This document shows, one piece after another, positions 51,403 to 62,168 of a DNA stretch of 64,000 nucleotides. Source of the DNA: an uncultured Bacteroidia bacterium (GTDB taxonomy: Bacteria; Bacteroidota; Bacteroidia; JANWVE01). Both the position numbers and the translations under genes were made by a program. The notes under the pieces are model-generated. The model saw nothing but the letters and a program-made list of their open reading frames with translations. It did not search any database and was not told the origin of the DNA. The stretch covers positions 7,044 through 71,043 of the forward strand of contig CALIZB010000014.1 in the NCBI GenBank assembly GCA_938028625.1, written 5' to 3'. The first letter of the stretch is position 1. Each line of letters begins with the position of its first letter.

Positions 51403-52098
51403 ATGAATACAAGAATGCTGTATTTTGTGATATTTTTAGGTCTGATTGGGCAGGTTTTTTCTGCATTCGCACAAGAACTTAATCAAAGTGTGCAAAAAAT
51501 AGGTATAGCCAAAGGAGAACCTGCCCCTAATATCATTGCATTAGACAATCATGGAAACCCTTTTTTGCTTTCTTCAAAGTTAAAAATTGCTCCTACAGTA
51601 GTAGTATTTTATAGTGGGCAGTGGTGCAAACCCTGTACTGATGAACTGAAGCAAATTCAGAAAGAACTGTATCCCAAACTCAAAGACAAAGGTGTATACC
51701 TGATTGGGGTTACTTCGGAACTACCTGATGTCATTGACCAGATTAGTAAAAATCTTGGTGTAGAATTTCCGCTTATTCATGACAGGAGCCACCTCATTAT
51801 GGACGCCTACCGCACCTCCATCACCTATAATACCACAGCAGGAAGTGGTCTTCCTGTGGAAGACTCCAATATGCTTCATAAATATGCCGGAGAAAAAGAC
51901 TATACTATCACCTTCACGGCTATTTATGTTATCGGCAGGGGAGGTAGAGAAGGCAAAGAACGTTACGTGTATTATGCAGACGTAAACCCTGACTTTAAAC
52001 CGAACCCAAAAATTGATCAAATCAATGCCGCCGTGGAAGAAGCCTTACAATTTCATGCAAAACACCCTATTAAAAAAGATGAGGAAAAGCACAAATAA
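51403..52098 (+). CDS. secreted thioredoxin-fold thiol-disulfide oxidoreductase (redoxin/TlpA-like)
   Basis: Signal peptide. WCKPC CxxC motif in thioredoxin-fold context. Confidence 0.65.
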   Translation: MNTRMLYFVIFLGLIGQVFSAFAQELNQSVQKIGIAKGEPAPNIIALDNHGNPFLLSSKLKIAPTVVVFYSGQWCKPCTDELKQIQKELYPKLKDKGVYLIGVTSELPDVIDQISKNLGVEFPLIHDRSHLIMDAYRTSITYNTTAGSGLPVEDSNMLHKYAGEKDYTITFTAIYVIGRGGREGKERYVYYADVNPDFKPNPKIDQINAAVEEALQFHAKHPIKKDEEKHK

Positions 52099-52110
52099 AT
52101 CCGTTGCATC

Positions 52111-52767
52111 ATGATACGCGAAGATACCTATAAGCTCAAAGGGTTGAGAAAGCAATTAGTAGAGGAGTTAAAACAAAAAGGTATTCAGGATAAAAGAGTA
52201 CTTCAGGCTATCGAAAACGTTCCAAGACATTATTTTGTCAGTGCAGGATTAGAAGAACTTTGTTACAAAGACCAGGCTTTGCCTACACTTGCCCGGCAAA
52301 CTATTTCCCAACCTTATACCGTAGCCTACCAGACACAGTGTCTGGATATTCAGAAAGGGGACAAAGTGCTTGAGATAGGTACAGGTTCAGGCTATCAGGC
52401 GGTAATACTCGCCGCCCTTGGAGCAAAAGTATATACTGTTGAACGGATTGAACTATTGTATGAACATACCTCTGCCCTGCTGGCCACTTTTAATATGGAT
52501 ATTTTCTGCAAACTCGGTGACGGCACACTCGGCTGGCAAGAAAATGCCCCTTTTGACAAAATTATTGTTACTGCCGGTTCTCCGGACATACCTCAAAATT
52601 TAATACAGCAACTTGCTGTAAATGGAAAAATGGTTATCCCCGTGGGCAAAAAAGACTGTCAGACCATGACATTAGTACATAAAAATGAGGAAAACAATGT
52701 CAGAATGACCTACTTGGATACGTTCAGGTTTGTACCTTTACTCGGAGAACAGGGCTGGACAGAATGA
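52111..52767 (+). CDS. pcm: protein-L-isoaspartate O-methyltransferase
   Basis: VLEIGTGSGYQAVILAAL SAM motif and PCMT-wide similarity. Confidence 0.85.
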   Translation: MIREDTYKLKGLRKQLVEELKQKGIQDKRVLQAIENVPRHYFVSAGLEELCYKDQALPTLARQTISQPYTVAYQTQCLDIQKGDKVLEIGTGSGYQAVILAALGAKVYTVERIELLYEHTSALLATFNMDIFCKLGDGTLGWQENAPFDKIIVTAGSPDIPQNLIQQLAVNGKMVIPVGKKDCQTMTLVHKNEENNVRMTYLDTFRFVPLLGEQGWTE

Positions 52768-52863
52768 GAAAACCATAACTTTTTTTCTGCTTTTGAAACA
52801 AAAAATATAATATTGCCGTTACTTTTTGAGACATAACAAGGATAAACTCATACAAATCTAAAT

Positions 52864-53340
52864 ATGAAAACAAAAATAGAACACTACAGAGACTTAGAAG
52901 TCTGGCAAAGAGCCTTTCGTTTGGCTACCCAGGTAGCTACAAAATATGAAAATTCAGACCTTGCTCAAAAAAGCCATATTGTTAAAGGTCTGATTGAAAA
53001 ATCTCTCCAGATTCCTGCACTTATCAGCGAAGGTTTTCTAAGAGGGGTATTACCTGAATACGTAGCCTGCCTGAAATCTGCAAGACATATTGTATCTGAA
53101 ATAGACATCACTCTCCAGATTTTACCCGTACTCAATATGGCAACCGAAGAAGAACTTCAAGAACTCTCCTCCGAATATGAAATCGTAGCCCGCCAAATTT
53201 CCACATTAACCAGCATTTTAAGCAAAAAAATACCCACTAAATCTAATAACACTTACAGAAATAAAACACAGAATAACTCCTCTAACTCAAACCACCAGCA
53301 GACAGAACAAAATAAATTTAATTCCGATTTTGAATTTTAA
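52864..53340 (+). CDS. four-helix-bundle protein of the 23S rRNA intervening-sequence (IVS) protein family (TIGR02436-like) with an Asn/Ser/Gln-rich tail
   Basis: N-terminal YRDLEVWQRAFRLA is the hallmark of this family. Confidence 0.6.
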   Translation: MKTKIEHYRDLEVWQRAFRLATQVATKYENSDLAQKSHIVKGLIEKSLQIPALISEGFLRGVLPEYVACLKSARHIVSEIDITLQILPVLNMATEEELQELSSEYEIVARQISTLTSILSKKIPTKSNNTYRNKTQNNSSNSNHQQTEQNKFNSDFEF

Positions 53341-53347
53341 TTTCACA

Positions 53348-53376
53348 AAGCATGACAAAAAGTCATGCTTTTTTAA
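53348..53376 (+). terminator. rho-independent terminator
   Basis: AAGCATGAC-AAAAA-GTCATGCTT perfect hairpin followed by TTTTAAT. Confidence 0.6.
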
Positions 53377-53404
53377 TGGCATACAGATTGATACTTTTTA
53401 CTGC

Positions 53405-53818
53405 ATGAAAACAAATTCATTTCAACAACAGTTTAACGAAAAATTCAACCGGTTTTTCAGCGATGTACAAAAAGAGTTTTATTCACAGAAGACCTTACAA
53501 GTAGATGCCAATATTGTTTCGCTGGCAGACAAATATATCATAGAAATAGAACTGCCCGGGGTAAAAAAAGAAGACATCAGAATCACTCTGGAAGACGAAC
53601 ATCTTACTATACAGGGTAAAAAACAAAGAAAATCCTATGAAAATGAAAAACTCATACAGGTAGAACGCCAACAAGGCGATTTCAAGCGTATGTTCAAAAT
53701 CAATGAGGATATAGATGCTCAAAACATTAAGGCCAAATTTGAAGAAGGGGTACTCTATATTACCCTGCAAAAAGTACAGGCAGAAAAAGAAAAAGAAACC
53801 GTTATCACCATTGAATAA
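53405..53818 (+). CDS. Hsp20/alpha-crystallin small heat-shock protein
   Basis: Alpha-crystallin domain (…IEIELPGVKKEDIRITLEDEHLTIQGKK … AKFEEGVLYITLQK). Start placed after the terminator. Confidence 0.75.
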   Translation: MKTNSFQQQFNEKFNRFFSDVQKEFYSQKTLQVDANIVSLADKYIIEIELPGVKKEDIRITLEDEHLTIQGKKQRKSYENEKLIQVERQQGDFKRMFKINEDIDAQNIKAKFEEGVLYITLQKVQAEKEKETVITIE

Positions 53819-53837
53819 AAAATATTCTTAAAAAAAT

Positions 53838-53868
53838 TTGAAAAAACTCAATAAGGCACTTAACTTTG
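53838..53868 (+). promoter_or_regulatory. sigma-A promoter (TTG … 20 nt … TAACTTTG) for the lipoprotein-dnaK unit
   Basis: TTG at 53838-53840 and TAACTTTG at 53861-53868, 26 nt upstream of the ATG at 53894. Confidence 0.4.
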
Positions 53869-53893
53869 CCCCATAATCAAATTTACAAGTATC

Positions 53894-54403
53894 ATGCTTA
53901 AATACATTTCTGGCAGTATTGCTTTGTTTTCGCTACTGTTTTTAATAGCTTGTGGGGATATAAAAAAACCCGATGTCAGCAAAGAAGAAGGTACAGGTTT
54001 AATAAAAGAATTTATGACCCTTCGGTTAAATAAAGATTTTAACACTATTGTTAATGGCAAAAACAAAACTCCTTGCCTCAGCAAAAAGTTTTTACAGCGC
54101 TACACTCCCATAGACAACCCTTACGACAAAACCCGCGGCACCCAGCTCAACGAGTCTGTACTGAGAGAAAAACTATTCTTTCTCAATGACCCTCAGATGG
54201 TAGACTATGAAATGAACGAAGGTACAAACACAGACAAAAGCGTTGGTGCCCGTTTTGGAAGAGTGTACACCGTAAAAATAAAGCTCAAATATGAAGACGG
54301 TAGAGATGGCGGATATATTGTAGAAAGAATTGTGGTGGGCAAAGATGAAAATAAGATGCCTGTTATTGAGGAAATTGAATTGGTAGAAAGACAAGTAAAA
54401 TAG
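53894..54403 (+). CDS. hypothetical lipoprotein
   Basis: Lipobox LFLIAC. No known domain. Confidence 0.5.
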   Translation: MLKYISGSIALFSLLFLIACGDIKKPDVSKEEGTGLIKEFMTLRLNKDFNTIVNGKNKTPCLSKKFLQRYTPIDNPYDKTRGTQLNESVLREKLFFLNDPQMVDYEMNEGTNTDKSVGARFGRVYTVKIKLKYEDGRDGGYIVERIVVGKDENKMPVIEEIELVERQVK

Positions 54404-54464
54404 TCTTAAAACTGTTTTCAATCAATCTCTCCCACTATTTAATTAAAGAAAGGACAAGTACATT

Positions 54465-56381
54465 ATGAGTAAAATTATCGGTATTGATTTAGGCACCACA
54501 AACTCCTGTGTGGCAGTTATTGAAAATAACAAGCCCGTAGTTATCATTAACGAAGAAGGCTGGCCTACTACCCCCTCCGTAGTTTCTTTTACAGATAACG
54601 GAAACGGGGAACGTAAAGTAGGAGAATCCGCAAAACGTCAGGCGGTTATGTTTCCTCAAACTACTATTTATTCTATTAAGCGTTTTATGGGTAGGTTCTA
54701 TGATGAAGTAACCGAAGAGATAAAAAATGTACCATACAAAGTGGTACGTGGAAGTAACAACACTCCACGTGTACAGATTGGTGACAGAGAATACACCCCT
54801 CAGGAAATCTCTGCTATGATACTTCAGAAAATGAAACGTACCGCAGAAGAGTATCTTGGCCATGAAGTAAAAGATGCGGTTATTACTGTACCCGCCTACT
54901 TTAATGACGCACAGCGCCAAGCTACCATTGAAGCAGGACAGATAGCAGGGCTTAATGTAAAACGTATTGTCAATGAACCTACCGCAGCCGCACTTGCTTT
55001 TGGCTTAGATAAAATGAACAAAGACATGAAAATTGCCATATATGATTTAGGCGGAGGTACTTTTGATATTTCTATTCTTGAACTCGGTGCAGGTGTATTT
55101 GAAGTAAAATCTACCAATGGAGATACCCACCTCGGCGGTGACGACTTTGACAAGGTAATTATTGATTGGATGGCCCAAGAGTTTATGAAAGATAACCCTA
55201 AAACAGACCCCCGAAAAGACCCTATGGCACTACAACGCTTACGGGACGAAGCCGAAAAAGCAAAAAAAGAACTCTCTTCCAGCACTCAATATCAAATAAT
55301 GCTCCCCTATCTTATCCCCGTAGATGGTATACCTAAGAACCTTGTGGCTACTCTCACCCGTGCTAAATTTGAACAACTCTGCGAACATCTGGTACAACGT
55401 ACTATTGAACCTTGCCGAAAAGCATTAGAAGACGCGGGCCTAAAACCCGAAGATATTGACGAAGTTATTCTTGTAGGTGGTTCTACCCGCATTCCCCGCA
55501 TACAGCAAGAAGTAGAAAAATTCTTTGGCAAAAAACCGAATAAAAGCATTAACCCTGACGAAGCTGTTGCTCTTGGCGCCGCTGTGCAAGGTGCTATCCT
55601 TAACAAAGATATTCAAGGAATGGTACTCCTTGACGTTACTCCACTCTCTCTCGGTATTGAAACTATGGGCGGCGTAATGACCAAAATTATTGAAGCTCAA
55701 ACCACAATTCCCGTGAGTAAATCCGAAGTCTTCACTACTGCCGCAGACAACCAAAGTTCCGTAGAAATACATGTTTTACAGGGAGAAAGACCCCTCGCTA
55801 TCCAAAATCGTACTCTCGGCAGATTCCACCTTGATGGTATCCCTCCTGCACCTAAAAATGTACCTAAAATTCGTGTAAAATTTGATATAGATGCTAATGG
55901 TGTTCTTAGCGTGACTGCTACTGACGAAGGTACAGGCAAAGAACAAAAAATCCGTATAGAAGCATCATCAGGGCTGAGTAAAGAAGAAATAGAACGCATG
56001 AAAAATGAAGCCAAAGCTAATGAAGCCGAAGACAAACGCCTCAAAGAAGAAATTGAAAAAATGAATCAGGCAGACAACCTCATTTACACTACGGAAAAAC
56101 AACTCTCCGAGTACAAAGACAAAATTTCTGAACCCAACAGAAATGCCATAGAAGCCGCACTCAACGAACTCAAAGAAGCCCATAAAACTCGTAATATTGC
56201 AGGTATTGATGCCGCTATGGCAAAACTTAATCAGGCTTGGCAAACAGCTTCTACTGAAATATACAACGCTCAACAAAATCAAAATGCACAGCAAAATACC
56301 CAAAAAAACACTAATACAAATACAGGTAACTCTAATTCTGATGGTAATATCACAGACGCAGATTACGAAGAAGTAAAATAA
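54465..56381 (+). CDS. dnaK: molecular chaperone DnaK (Hsp70)
   Basis: [14 protein letters not shown]…, DLGGGTFD…, full-length Hsp70. Confidence 0.95.
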   Translation: MSKIIGIDLGTTNSCVAVIENNKPVVIINEEGWPTTPSVVSFTDNGNGERKVGESAKRQAVMFPQTTIYSIKRFMGRFYDEVTEEIKNVPYKVVRGSNNTPRVQIGDREYTPQEISAMILQKMKRTAEEYLGHEVKDAVITVPAYFNDAQRQATIEAGQIAGLNVKRIVNEPTAAALAFGLDKMNKDMKIAIYDLGGGTFDISILELGAGVFEVKSTNGDTHLGGDDFDKVIIDWMAQEFMKDNPKTDPRKDPMALQRLRDEAEKAKKELSSSTQYQIMLPYLIPVDGIPKNLVATLTRAKFEQLCEHLVQRTIEPCRKALEDAGLKPEDIDEVILVGGSTRIPRIQQEVEKFFGKKPNKSINPDEAVALGAAVQGAILNKDIQGMVLLDVTPLSLGIETMGGVMTKIIEAQTTIPVSKSEVFTTAADNQSSVEIHVLQGERPLAIQNRTLGRFHLDGIPPAPKNVPKIRVKFDIDANGVLSVTATDEGTGKEQKIRIEASSGLSKEEIERMKNEAKANEAEDKRLKEEIEKMNQADNLIYTTEKQLSEYKDKISEPNRNAIEAALNELKEAHKTRNIAGIDAAMAKLNQAWQTASTEIYNAQQNQNAQQNTQKNTNTNTGNSNSDGNITDADYEEVK

Positions 56382-56446
56382 TAGCTAAAATTGCCAAAAT
56401 AGATAAGGTAGGATAATAATCCTGCCTTATTTTTTTATCAACCTTT

Positions 56447-57706
56447 TCAAAACACAAAATAACTATATTTTACCCATAGAACACTTAACAACAGTAAATA
56501 ACTGATAAATACAAAAGGTATTGATACGTAAAAAGTAGGTTTAATCTGTTTTTTTCTATATAAATACGTTGCTAACATCATTTTTTCAATCAAATAAGCA
56601 ACTACCGTAGCCATAGCAACGCCGTACATTCCCCAAAAATATGCCCCTATTATAGAGAATAAAACATTGACAAATAATTCAATACACGTAATCATAAATT
56701 GTATTTTGTCTAATCCCAAACCTAATAGAATACTATTTGCAAATATAAATCGGCTGACTACCAAAAGTAACATAATATCAAAGACAAAACTGCTCTGAAT
56801 ATATTGACTTCCATACACATATCCATATACAGGTGTGGAAATGCATATAAGTAAAATAGAAATACTTACACTAATCACTAAATATTGAGAACTTCTATGC
56901 TTAACTTTATGCAGTACTTCGTTCAACTTTTCTTTTTTAGAGTGTGCTATGCTTTGTGTTATCCATAAAGACAAACTATTTGCCATTATAGTAAATATAG
57001 GTATCTCTCTTGCACCATAACGGAACTGCGCTAAAATTTCCTTATTAAACAAAAAATCTACTAAAAACCCATCTATATACTCCGCACTGCCTGCTACTAA
57101 AAAAGTAAGCATCAACCATGACAAACTATTAAAAAACGACCTATGCAACTTTACAAAATCAAAAGGAATGTATATAACGCAAAATATCATACGTATAACT
57201 AATATACCTATCCAAGCTGCATAAACAGCCCATAAAGAATGAGATAAATATGCCGTTAGAGTAACTACCATCACCCATGTCCCATAAAAAAAAATACTAT
57301 ACCTAATAAGACTTTTACTTTTTTTTTGCCCTATCCAATACATTTCTAACAGCGTTCCAAATGGATAAAATAATACATATAGCCCCGAAAAAACGTACCC
57401 GCTATTCCAAAAACTGCATAAAAGAATACTTACAGATGCAAATGTGGATATAAGCAGAATAAAACTCGCATAATGGTTGTAAGAGTACGTATTCTTTTTT
57501 AAGAAGTGTGTCTGAATTGCTTGCAACCAAAAAAAAGTAACAAAATTAGCTATCAATAAATTTTTCTCTGTTATCCCTATCTGTTCAATAGAAAATATGC
57601 GACTCAATACCCAAAATATAAATAAAGTACTTCCAAAACGTATAAACTGATATATCTGGATACCGCCAAGCATGTGAATAAGAATACAAAACCTTGCAAT
57701 ATACAT
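56447..57706 (-). CDS. polytopic membrane protein, possibly a MOP-superfamily oligosaccharide flippase
   Basis: 419 aa with about 12 hydrophobic helices. No diagnostic motif recognised. Call by size and topology only. Confidence 0.35.
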   Translation of the reverse strand: MYIARFCILIHMLGGIQIYQFIRFGSTLFIFWVLSRIFSIEQIGITEKNLLIANFVTFFWLQAIQTHFLKKNTYSYNHYASFILLISTFASVSILLCSFWNSGYVFSGLYVLFYPFGTLLEMYWIGQKKSKSLIRYSIFFYGTWVMVVTLTAYLSHSLWAVYAAWIGILVIRMIFCVIYIPFDFVKLHRSFFNSLSWLMLTFLVAGSAEYIDGFLVDFLFNKEILAQFRYGAREIPIFTIMANSLSLWITQSIAHSKKEKLNEVLHKVKHRSSQYLVISVSISILLICISTPVYGYVYGSQYIQSSFVFDIMLLLVVSRFIFANSILLGLGLDKIQFMITCIELFVNVLFSIIGAYFWGMYGVAMATVVAYLIEKMMLATYLYRKKQIKPTFYVSIPFVFISYLLLLSVLWVKYSYFVF

Positions 57707-57834
57707 ACGAACTACTGAAAAATATAACTATTACTAACTAACATGCTATCTACCAAAGCTCTGTATTATTTTTTTGAACTTTTTTTGTTTTTTGGGTTTA
57801 CTATTCTATTTTTGCCAAAAAACCAAAATAAACC

Positions 57835-59382
57835 ATGAATTACAAAGCCATTAGTCTGATATTAGAGAGCATTGTTAAGAGCTTTCCGTACTTTTTACCT
57901 GAAATCACCCTGAGTGCTTTCTTTCTGATAGCCATTATTGTAGACTTAGTAGTGGGCAAAAAAAATCAAATGATAACGCCTGTGATTGCCCTTATAGGAC
58001 TTGCCATAAGTTTTGCCTTGTCTGCCATGCAATATAGTTTAATTCATGAGTTAATGGAAGCCAAAAAAGGAAGTGCTTTACCTTTATTTGCAGGTATGCT
58101 TACTTTGGATAGAGTAGCTGTATTCTTTAAACTTTTGTTTGTGGTATCAGGAATATTAGGTATAGCACTAACTTTAAATAGTAAAACTGCTGAAAATGCA
58201 AAGGGTATGGGTGAATTTTATGCTATTTTGCTTGCCGTAGTGCTGGGTATGAACTTGATGTCAATGGCTTCTAACCTATTGATGATGTTTATTGCCATAG
58301 AACTGGTTTCTTTGGGTTCTTATATTTTGGTTACTTACACTCGTACCAATCCAAAATCCGCAGAATCAGGGCTAAAATATGTGATTTATGGCGGAGTTTC
58401 CTCTGGATTTATGATTTATGGAATTTCCTTGTTGTACGGTTTTACAGGTACAATGGGCTTCAATATGCAGTTTGTAATGGGATTAGCAGAAATACCTTAC
58501 ACAGTTTTAGGCATTGCTGTACTGATGGTATTAGCAGGTATTGGATACAAAATAGCTATGTTTCCGTTTCATTTTTGGTCACCTGATGTATATGAAGGTG
58601 CGCCTACCCCTGTAACTGCCTTTTTAGCCGTAGGCCCCAAGGCTGCTGGTTTTGCCTTACTCATGAGATTTTTACTTACCTTCACTACTTCTATAAAAGG
58701 CGTTATTGTTCCAAGCCTTAATATGGACTGGGTGAGCATTATTGCTATTTTAGCTATGTTCTCCATGACATTCGGTAATTTCTCTGCTTTGTGGCAAAAC
58801 AATGTAAAACGTATGCTTGCTTATTCCTCTATCGCACATGCGGGATACATGCTTATGGGTGTAGTAGCACTTTCTGTATTGGGTATCAGTTCTGTCATGT
58901 TTTATTTAACGGTTTATTTAATTATGAACATGGGCGCATTCGTTATTCTAACTATGATTACAGAGAAAATAGGTTCAGAAGACATACGCGATTTCAAAGG
59001 TTTAGGGTATAAAATGCCTGTTCTCGGTGCTTGTTTGGTTTTATTTATGGTATCTTTAACAGGACTACCCCCCACAGCAGGTTTTTCAGGTAAATTGATG
59101 CTCTTTCAAGGCTTGTATGAGGCATGGCGGGTAAATCCATACTCAAATACAACAGATATTCTCTTTTGGTTAATGGTAGTAGGAGTAATAAATAGCGTAG
59201 TTTCTTTATTCTACTATTTCAAAATACCGCTTTACATGTTTATTCGTGAAAACGCTGATGCACCTGAAATGAAACTTTCCACCCTCGGCACAGTGTTAGC
59301 TATTATGTTAGCTATACCTACTTTATTTATAGGCGTTTCCTTTAACTGGTTAATGGACTTTATTCAAAAGAGCTTTTCTTAA
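57835..59382 (+). CDS. NuoN-like proton-pumping antiporter subunit (complex I subunit N / Mrp-antiporter family)
   Basis: WSPDVYEGAPTPVTAFLAVGPKAAGFALLMRF and 14-TM architecture. No other nuo genes in the window. Confidence 0.65.
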   Translation: MNYKAISLILESIVKSFPYFLPEITLSAFFLIAIIVDLVVGKKNQMITPVIALIGLAISFALSAMQYSLIHELMEAKKGSALPLFAGMLTLDRVAVFFKLLFVVSGILGIALTLNSKTAENAKGMGEFYAILLAVVLGMNLMSMASNLLMMFIAIELVSLGSYILVTYTRTNPKSAESGLKYVIYGGVSSGFMIYGISLLYGFTGTMGFNMQFVMGLAEIPYTVLGIAVLMVLAGIGYKIAMFPFHFWSPDVYEGAPTPVTAFLAVGPKAAGFALLMRFLLTFTTSIKGVIVPSLNMDWVSIIAILAMFSMTFGNFSALWQNNVKRMLAYSSIAHAGYMLMGVVALSVLGISSVMFYLTVYLIMNMGAFVILTMITEKIGSEDIRDFKGLGYKMPVLGACLVLFMVSLTGLPPTAGFSGKLMLFQGLYEAWRVNPYSNTTDILFWLMVVGVINSVVSLFYYFKIPLYMFIRENADAPEMKLSTLGTVLAIMLAIPTLFIGVSFNWLMDFIQKSFS

Positions 59383-59473
59383 TATAAACCAATATCTTTT
59401 TTTCAGGAAAGGTGTTGGTTGCACAGACTGATACCTTTCTTTCATTTTGTATTTTTTTATATTGACATAACGA

Positions 59474-59872
59474 ATGGTAAAAACAAAAATAGCGGCAACA
59501 ACAGTTGAAAACGAAAAAAGTACCGAAGATTTAATTGCTACAATCATAGAAGGTTTGCAAGATAAAAAAGGTAAAGACATAGTAATTATGGATTTAAGGC
59601 ACTTATCTTCGGCTATCACGGATTATTTTGTGCTTTGTACAGGAGACTCAGATACCCATATCAAGGCTTTGTGTGACTCGGTTGAGGATAAAGTCAGGGA
59701 GGAACTCCAAGAAAAACCTTGGCATATAGAAGGCAAAGAGTTCAAAAAATGGATTCTTTTAGACTATATCTCCGTGATTGTGCATATCTTTTATCATGAA
59801 CAAAGAAAATTCTATGCCTTAGAAGAACTATGGGGGGACGCCCATTTTACGTATCATGAAGATGTGAAATAA
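59474..59872 (+). CDS. rsfS: ribosome silencing factor RsfS (Iojap)
   Basis: …KGKDIVIMDLRHLSSAITDYFVLCTG…. Confidence 0.8.
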   Translation: MVKTKIAATTVENEKSTEDLIATIIEGLQDKKGKDIVIMDLRHLSSAITDYFVLCTGDSDTHIKALCDSVEDKVREELQEKPWHIEGKEFKKWILLDYISVIVHIFYHEQRKFYALEELWGDAHFTYHEDVK

Positions 59873-59954
59873 AACACAAAAGTCTTTGCGGCATTGTTTC
59901 TACTCGCTTGGTAAACATGCTGACCGTACGCTTTAAATTTGTATTTTTGCAATA

Positions 59955-60707
59955 ATGAAACTGAATTATTCCTTGTTTTTGTTTGTGCTAACAAGCGTAT
60001 TTTTTGTGTCTTGCAATAAAGAAAACGCCCCTGATTTAATTAAAAGTACTGGTGAGCAAAGAACAGTAACAAAACATTTAGAAGGCTACCATAGCATAAA
60101 AATATATGATCATATTGATATAGAACTTAAACATAGCAACGAATATAAAGCCGAGATTACCGCAGGTAAAAACCTTATTCCTAAAATTGAATTCAAGGTT
60201 AAAGACAGTTTACTTACCATAGAAAATAAAAACACAGCAAATTGGGTAAGAAGCTATAAAAAAAATGATGTTAAAGTAGTGTTATATTTACCTGTATTAA
60301 AAAACATAAGAATAGAGCAATTTGGTTCAGGTACAATTTATTGTAAAGATACGCTTAAAGCTAATCAAGTAAATATTGACATGCAGAGTAGTGGAGATTT
60401 TGATATTGTAATTGACTGTTTTAGGTTTGCTTGTGTACAGTATAGAAGAAATTACGGTAGCATCAAAGTGAAAGGAAAATGCACTCAACTCATTAACGTA
60501 AACGACGGAATAGGTGAGTTTAATAGTTTAAGTTTATCTTGCCAATATGCGAGAGTAGAGACTATCAACAAGGGAGAGAGTTATGCTTATGTACCAGGAC
60601 CCCTTAAAGTGAGAATTATGGATACTGGGAATATTTATATTTCAGGTAATCCTAATCCTGTGGAATGGATAGAAAAAAAAGGTGGTGGAAATTTAGTATT
60701 GTTATAG
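59955..60707 (+). CDS. DUF2807 (putative auto-transporter adhesin head GIN domain) lipoprotein
   Basis: Lipobox FVSC. Repeated GSG(T/D)I beta-strand motifs. Confidence 0.55.
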   Translation: MKLNYSLFLFVLTSVFFVSCNKENAPDLIKSTGEQRTVTKHLEGYHSIKIYDHIDIELKHSNEYKAEITAGKNLIPKIEFKVKDSLLTIENKNTANWVRSYKKNDVKVVLYLPVLKNIRIEQFGSGTIYCKDTLKANQVNIDMQSSGDFDIVIDCFRFACVQYRRNYGSIKVKGKCTQLINVNDGIGEFNSLSLSCQYARVETINKGESYAYVPGPLKVRIMDTGNIYISGNPNPVEWIEKKGGGNLVLL

Positions 60708-60721
60708 CGTTATGCTAATAT

Positions 60722-60756
60722 AAAGCAAAGAAGGACAAAAAGCGTCCTTCTTTGTT
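60722..60756. terminator. bidirectional rho-independent terminator
   Basis: AAGAAGGAC-AAAAAGC-GTCCTTCTT hairpin between convergent genes. Confidence 0.6.
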
Positions 60757-60771
60757 GCATATCTTACATTC

Positions 60772-61905
60772 TTAAAGATTACCTCTACGGGCTTGTTCTC
60801 TTTCTATGGATTCAAATAGAGCTTTAAAGTTTCCTTTTCCGAAAGAAGTTGCTCCTTTACGCTGAATAATTTCATAGAATACCGTGGGTCTATCTTGTAC
60901 GGGTTTAGTGAATATTTGCAACAAGTAACCTTCATCATCACGGTCTACGAGTATACCCAAATCCTGCAGAATACTTACCTCTTCATCAATTTTACCTACA
61001 CGGTCAGGTAAGTCCTCATAATACGTAGCAGGAACAGTCAAAAACTCTACGCCTCTTCTGCGAAGTTCGCTTACAGTAAAAATAATATCATCAGTAGCTA
61101 CGGCGATATGCTGTACTCCAGGTCCGTGATAAAAATCTAAATACTCCTCAATTTGAGATTTCTTTTTACCCTCCGCAGGTTCATTGATAGGAAACTTAAT
61201 GCGTCCATTTCCGTTACTCATTACTTTACTCATCAAAGCAGAGTATTCCGTGGAGATGTCTTTGTCATCAAAAGATATAATTTGTTTGAATCCCATAACA
61301 TCTGCATAGAATTTTGCCCATACATTCATTTCATTCCAGCCCACGTTGCCTACGCAGTGGTCTACATACTTTAAGCCAATAGGTGCAGGATTATAATCAC
61401 TTTTCCATGCTTGATAACCAGGTAAAAACACCCCCTTATAGTTTTTACGTTCTACGAAAATATGCACGGTATCGCCGTAAGTATGAATACCTGAACGCAC
61501 TACCTCACCAAACTCATCTTTCTCTACAACAGGTTCTAAATAAGGTTTTGCTCCTCTTTTTACGGTTTCTTCAAACGCATTTTTAGCGTCATCTACCCAT
61601 AAAGCTAGTACTTTTACGCCATCACCATGTTTTAAGATATGTTCATTGATAGGATTATCAGGGTGCATCGGGGTAGTAAGCACAAGGGTAATTTTTTCCT
61701 GTCTGAGTACATAAGAAGCTCTGTCCCTGACCCCAGTTTCTGGTCCTGCATAAGCTAAAGACTGAAATCCAAAAGCGGATTTGTAGAAATAAGCGGCTTG
61801 TTTAGCATTACCTACATAGAACTCTATGTAGTCTGTGCCGTTGATAGGCAGAAAGTCTACCTGTGTATTTGTATTTAATTCCTGTATCACTTCCATAGCA
61901 CACAA
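60772..61905 (-). CDS. hppD: 4-hydroxyphenylpyruvate dioxygenase
   Basis: Two VOC-fold halves, full-length HPPD pattern. Confidence 0.8.
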   Translation of the reverse strand: MCAMEVIQELNTNTQVDFLPINGTDYIEFYVGNAKQAAYFYKSAFGFQSLAYAGPETGVRDRASYVLRQEKITLVLTTPMHPDNPINEHILKHGDGVKVLALWVDDAKNAFEETVKRGAKPYLEPVVEKDEFGEVVRSGIHTYGDTVHIFVERKNYKGVFLPGYQAWKSDYNPAPIGLKYVDHCVGNVGWNEMNVWAKFYADVMGFKQIISFDDKDISTEYSALMSKVMSNGNGRIKFPINEPAEGKKKSQIEEYLDFYHGPGVQHIAVATDDIIFTVSELRRRGVEFLTVPATYYEDLPDRVGKIDEEVSILQDLGILVDRDDEGYLLQIFTKPVQDRPTVFYEIIQRKGATSFGKGNFKALFESIEREQARRGNL

Positions 61906-62168
61906 AATTAAAAAATTTCTTAAAAAAATCCTATATCCAAAGTATTTATGGATTTATACTGTAACAGAAAATGGTTTTCAAAAAATTAAAAATAACAGCT
62001 CTGTATAACTGGTGTCAGGTTGACAGTTGCCAAATAAATACATAATTATCAGTAAGATAAGCACACATATAGTATATTAACTTTATTCACAATTTTTTTA
62101 TATGCACAAAGTTTATTTATCTTTGCCGTACTTTATTGCGTCAATAAATTATTTAACATATTTTCACA

